A DNA stretch of 63,996 bases, the filler included, from Gonapodya sp. JEL0774 (lineage: Eukaryota), in the NCBI GenBank assembly GCA_027604505.1. It is 14 parts of 14 records of this genome, joined end to end, with 100 filler letters (N's around TTAATTAATTAA, not from the genome) between each part and the next. Parts side by side here need not be neighbours in the genome. Positions count along the whole stretch, not along the records: positions 60,120 to 63,996 come from JADIIX010001116.1; 13 more parts are not named here. The stretch is one strand, 5' to 3'. This document shows, in pieces, positions 62,159 through 63,996 of the stretch. Both the position numbers and the translations under genes were made by a program. The notes under the pieces were generated by a model. It saw nothing but the letters and a program-made list of their open reading frames with translations. It searched no databases and had not been told where the DNA came from. Every line of letters begins with the position of its first letter. The stretch's first letter is position 1.

Positions 62159-63664
62159 ATGCGTGCGCTTTCTCGTGAGTTGACGAGGATCTGCTATCAT
62201 TGGATCGACCGATGTCTTTGGCTTTTCGTGCATCGCTTCTGCGAGTTCGGGGTATCAAACCGTCCCTGACCTGCCTCATTGTCTCAAGGGACGATCATCG
62301 CGCTCATCGCGAGCTGGAGCGCCTTGGCAACCGCTCTTGCCAGTGAGTCTGTCTGCGATCGGAACTTTTCTCTCGAACCCGTCTGAGAGCTTGTAGCGGT
62401 AACTTGGAGGCCCAATTGGCTACCATGCTCCACATCTTGCAAAGCGGGAAGTCTGCACAACGGACGCTACCTGTGGTAGTGCCAATATCGTGCTGAAGGA
62501 GCAAGTACGGTTCTGTGGTAACGATGGCTTCTGTCATGTGACGTGTGCCGTTGGGTGAGGATTATCCGCAATCAGCTGAGGTACAGGTGGTGACCACATT
62601 TCTTCCTTCCTCTGCTATAGATACTGGGAGTGCTACTATAACTGGTGCTCAAATGTGGATTGCAAGATCGCCACACCGTTGGCGGGACAAGGCCCTGCCT
62701 TCAAGCCGGACGGAACACCCGTGAATGGTAAGGGTTGTCTGTTACCAATGACTAATCATTCCTTAGATATATAACCTGAAGTGTACTTTCTTATAGTCTC
62801 GTCTTCTGCTCCTGTCGGTGGTGGAACAGTACCTACGCCCCTTTCCGCAGGTCTTGGTTCCGGGGTGAACACGGGAAGTGCAGGATCTTCCGTTACTGGT
62901 ACGCTGACAGGATCAGGCACTATTGGCACCGGAACTGCCACTGCACCTGGAGCGGCGAGCTCACTTGGAACTCCCACTGCATCTGGCTCCCCCGGAAGCG
63001 CTGCAGTGGGCGGATCGGCCACACCTTCGAGTCTCGCTCGCGGTGAGTAGTTTTAAACATCCGAAATTCAGCTGCGCGGACGCATTCAGTATATCCCAAA
63101 ACAACAACATCACAGACATTCCGGCCGCAACATCCTCATTAGGTGCACCAACCATCACCGCACCCAACTCGGGTTCTCCAACCACCAGCGGCGCCGGCTC
63201 CAGTTCAGGTATCACCACAGCGCCTCCAGGTGTAGCTGTTGGCACGTCCACTGCCATTTCCGCCGGCAGTAGCGCCGCGAGTACAGCTGTGGCGGATGCT
63301 GGTACTTCCAGTTCGTCGAGTGGGTCTTCTGGGAACCCGAGCTGGGTTATACCCGTTGGTAAGTTACGAATCAGATATGTGAGGGGCCTTTGATACGAGT
63401 GCAATGTTCTGAAATCTGTGATCTCTTTCTCGTTCGCGAATATTATCGACTAGCTATCATCGGCGCTGTAAGTAGTTCGCGCTCTACTTCGTCTCCGTGA
63501 TATGGTACACGGTACACATCTCGTACTCATGTCGATCTTTAACAGGTGGTCTTCGTGGGCTCCGCCTGGCTCGCTTCCGCGGGCGGTATCGCCGGTTTCG
63601 GCGGAGTCGTCAAGAAGCGCCAAACTGAGGAGGAGACGGAACAACCCCTTGCTCAAGCTCCGTG
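62159..63664 (+). CDS. Ser/Thr/Gly-rich single-pass surface protein with a small Cys-rich N-terminal domain
   Basis: MRALS|RTIIALIASWSALATALA signal; KREVCTTDATCG and YWECYYNWCSNVDC; S/T/G stalk; TM SWVIPV|AIIGA|VVFVGSAWL; short tail ending PLAQAP*. Confidence 0.65.
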
Positions 63665-63996
63665 ATATTCTCCAAATGATCGTCGAGTAATGAACACGGA
63701 GATCTTGTTTGAATTTATAGGATGCGGCGCTTTACATTACTTTGGATATCTTGCGAATACGCTCCCCGATATCGCACATGATGAGGGGCAAGGCAAGTAA
63801 TATTACTACTTAATCGTGTCTACAAATCGAAACTATCAATGTACACATAAAACTGAGGGCTTTGCGCCCATTGCACAAATCGCAGTAATTGGAGTCCATG
63901 TGTATCTAGTATCCCCCTATCGTTGTCACCCCTTCCAGCACTGCTGCATCCCCCGCTCCTCTACTTCCCACCATTCTCTTTCTTCCCCGCACCATC

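Overview
This window is not one locus. It is 14 separate ~4.5 kb contigs of an intron-rich eukaryote, joined by identical 100-nt artificial spacers (N44-TTAATTAATTAA-N44, stop codons in all six frames). Contig lengths fall steadily (4545, 4542, 4542, 4541, 4538, 4535, 4527, 4523, 4515, 4511, 4504, 4503, 4493, last truncated), as in a size-sorted fragmented assembly, so adjacency across spacers means nothing. Short GT-AG introns and the gene content suggest an early-diverging, chytrid-like fungus (inference). Recognisable genes are Nup188, a coilin-like protein, COA3, FUR1/UPRT, a GcnA-type GH20, an ACT-family amino-acid permease, DUF1365, LAMTOR2, Tof1/Timeless, cryptochrome DASH, VPS35, an FAD monooxygenase, a PQ-loop protein, an RlpA-like protein, F-box and F-box-ankyrin proteins, two TM+SH3 receptor-like proteins, two tandem Cys-rich GPI-type paralogues and an intronless bacterial-type methyltransferase. 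The most striking item is on contig 4: manual splicing gives a cytoplasmic TKL kinase-SH3-LRR protein whose RI-like LRRs are encoded one repeat per 84-nt phase-1 exon. It lies head-to-head with a decayed LRR exon/intron array interrupted by a hAT transposon. Several hAT-like termini and a CpG-depleted relic region are also present. All gene identities come from motif recognition by eye; no database search was run.
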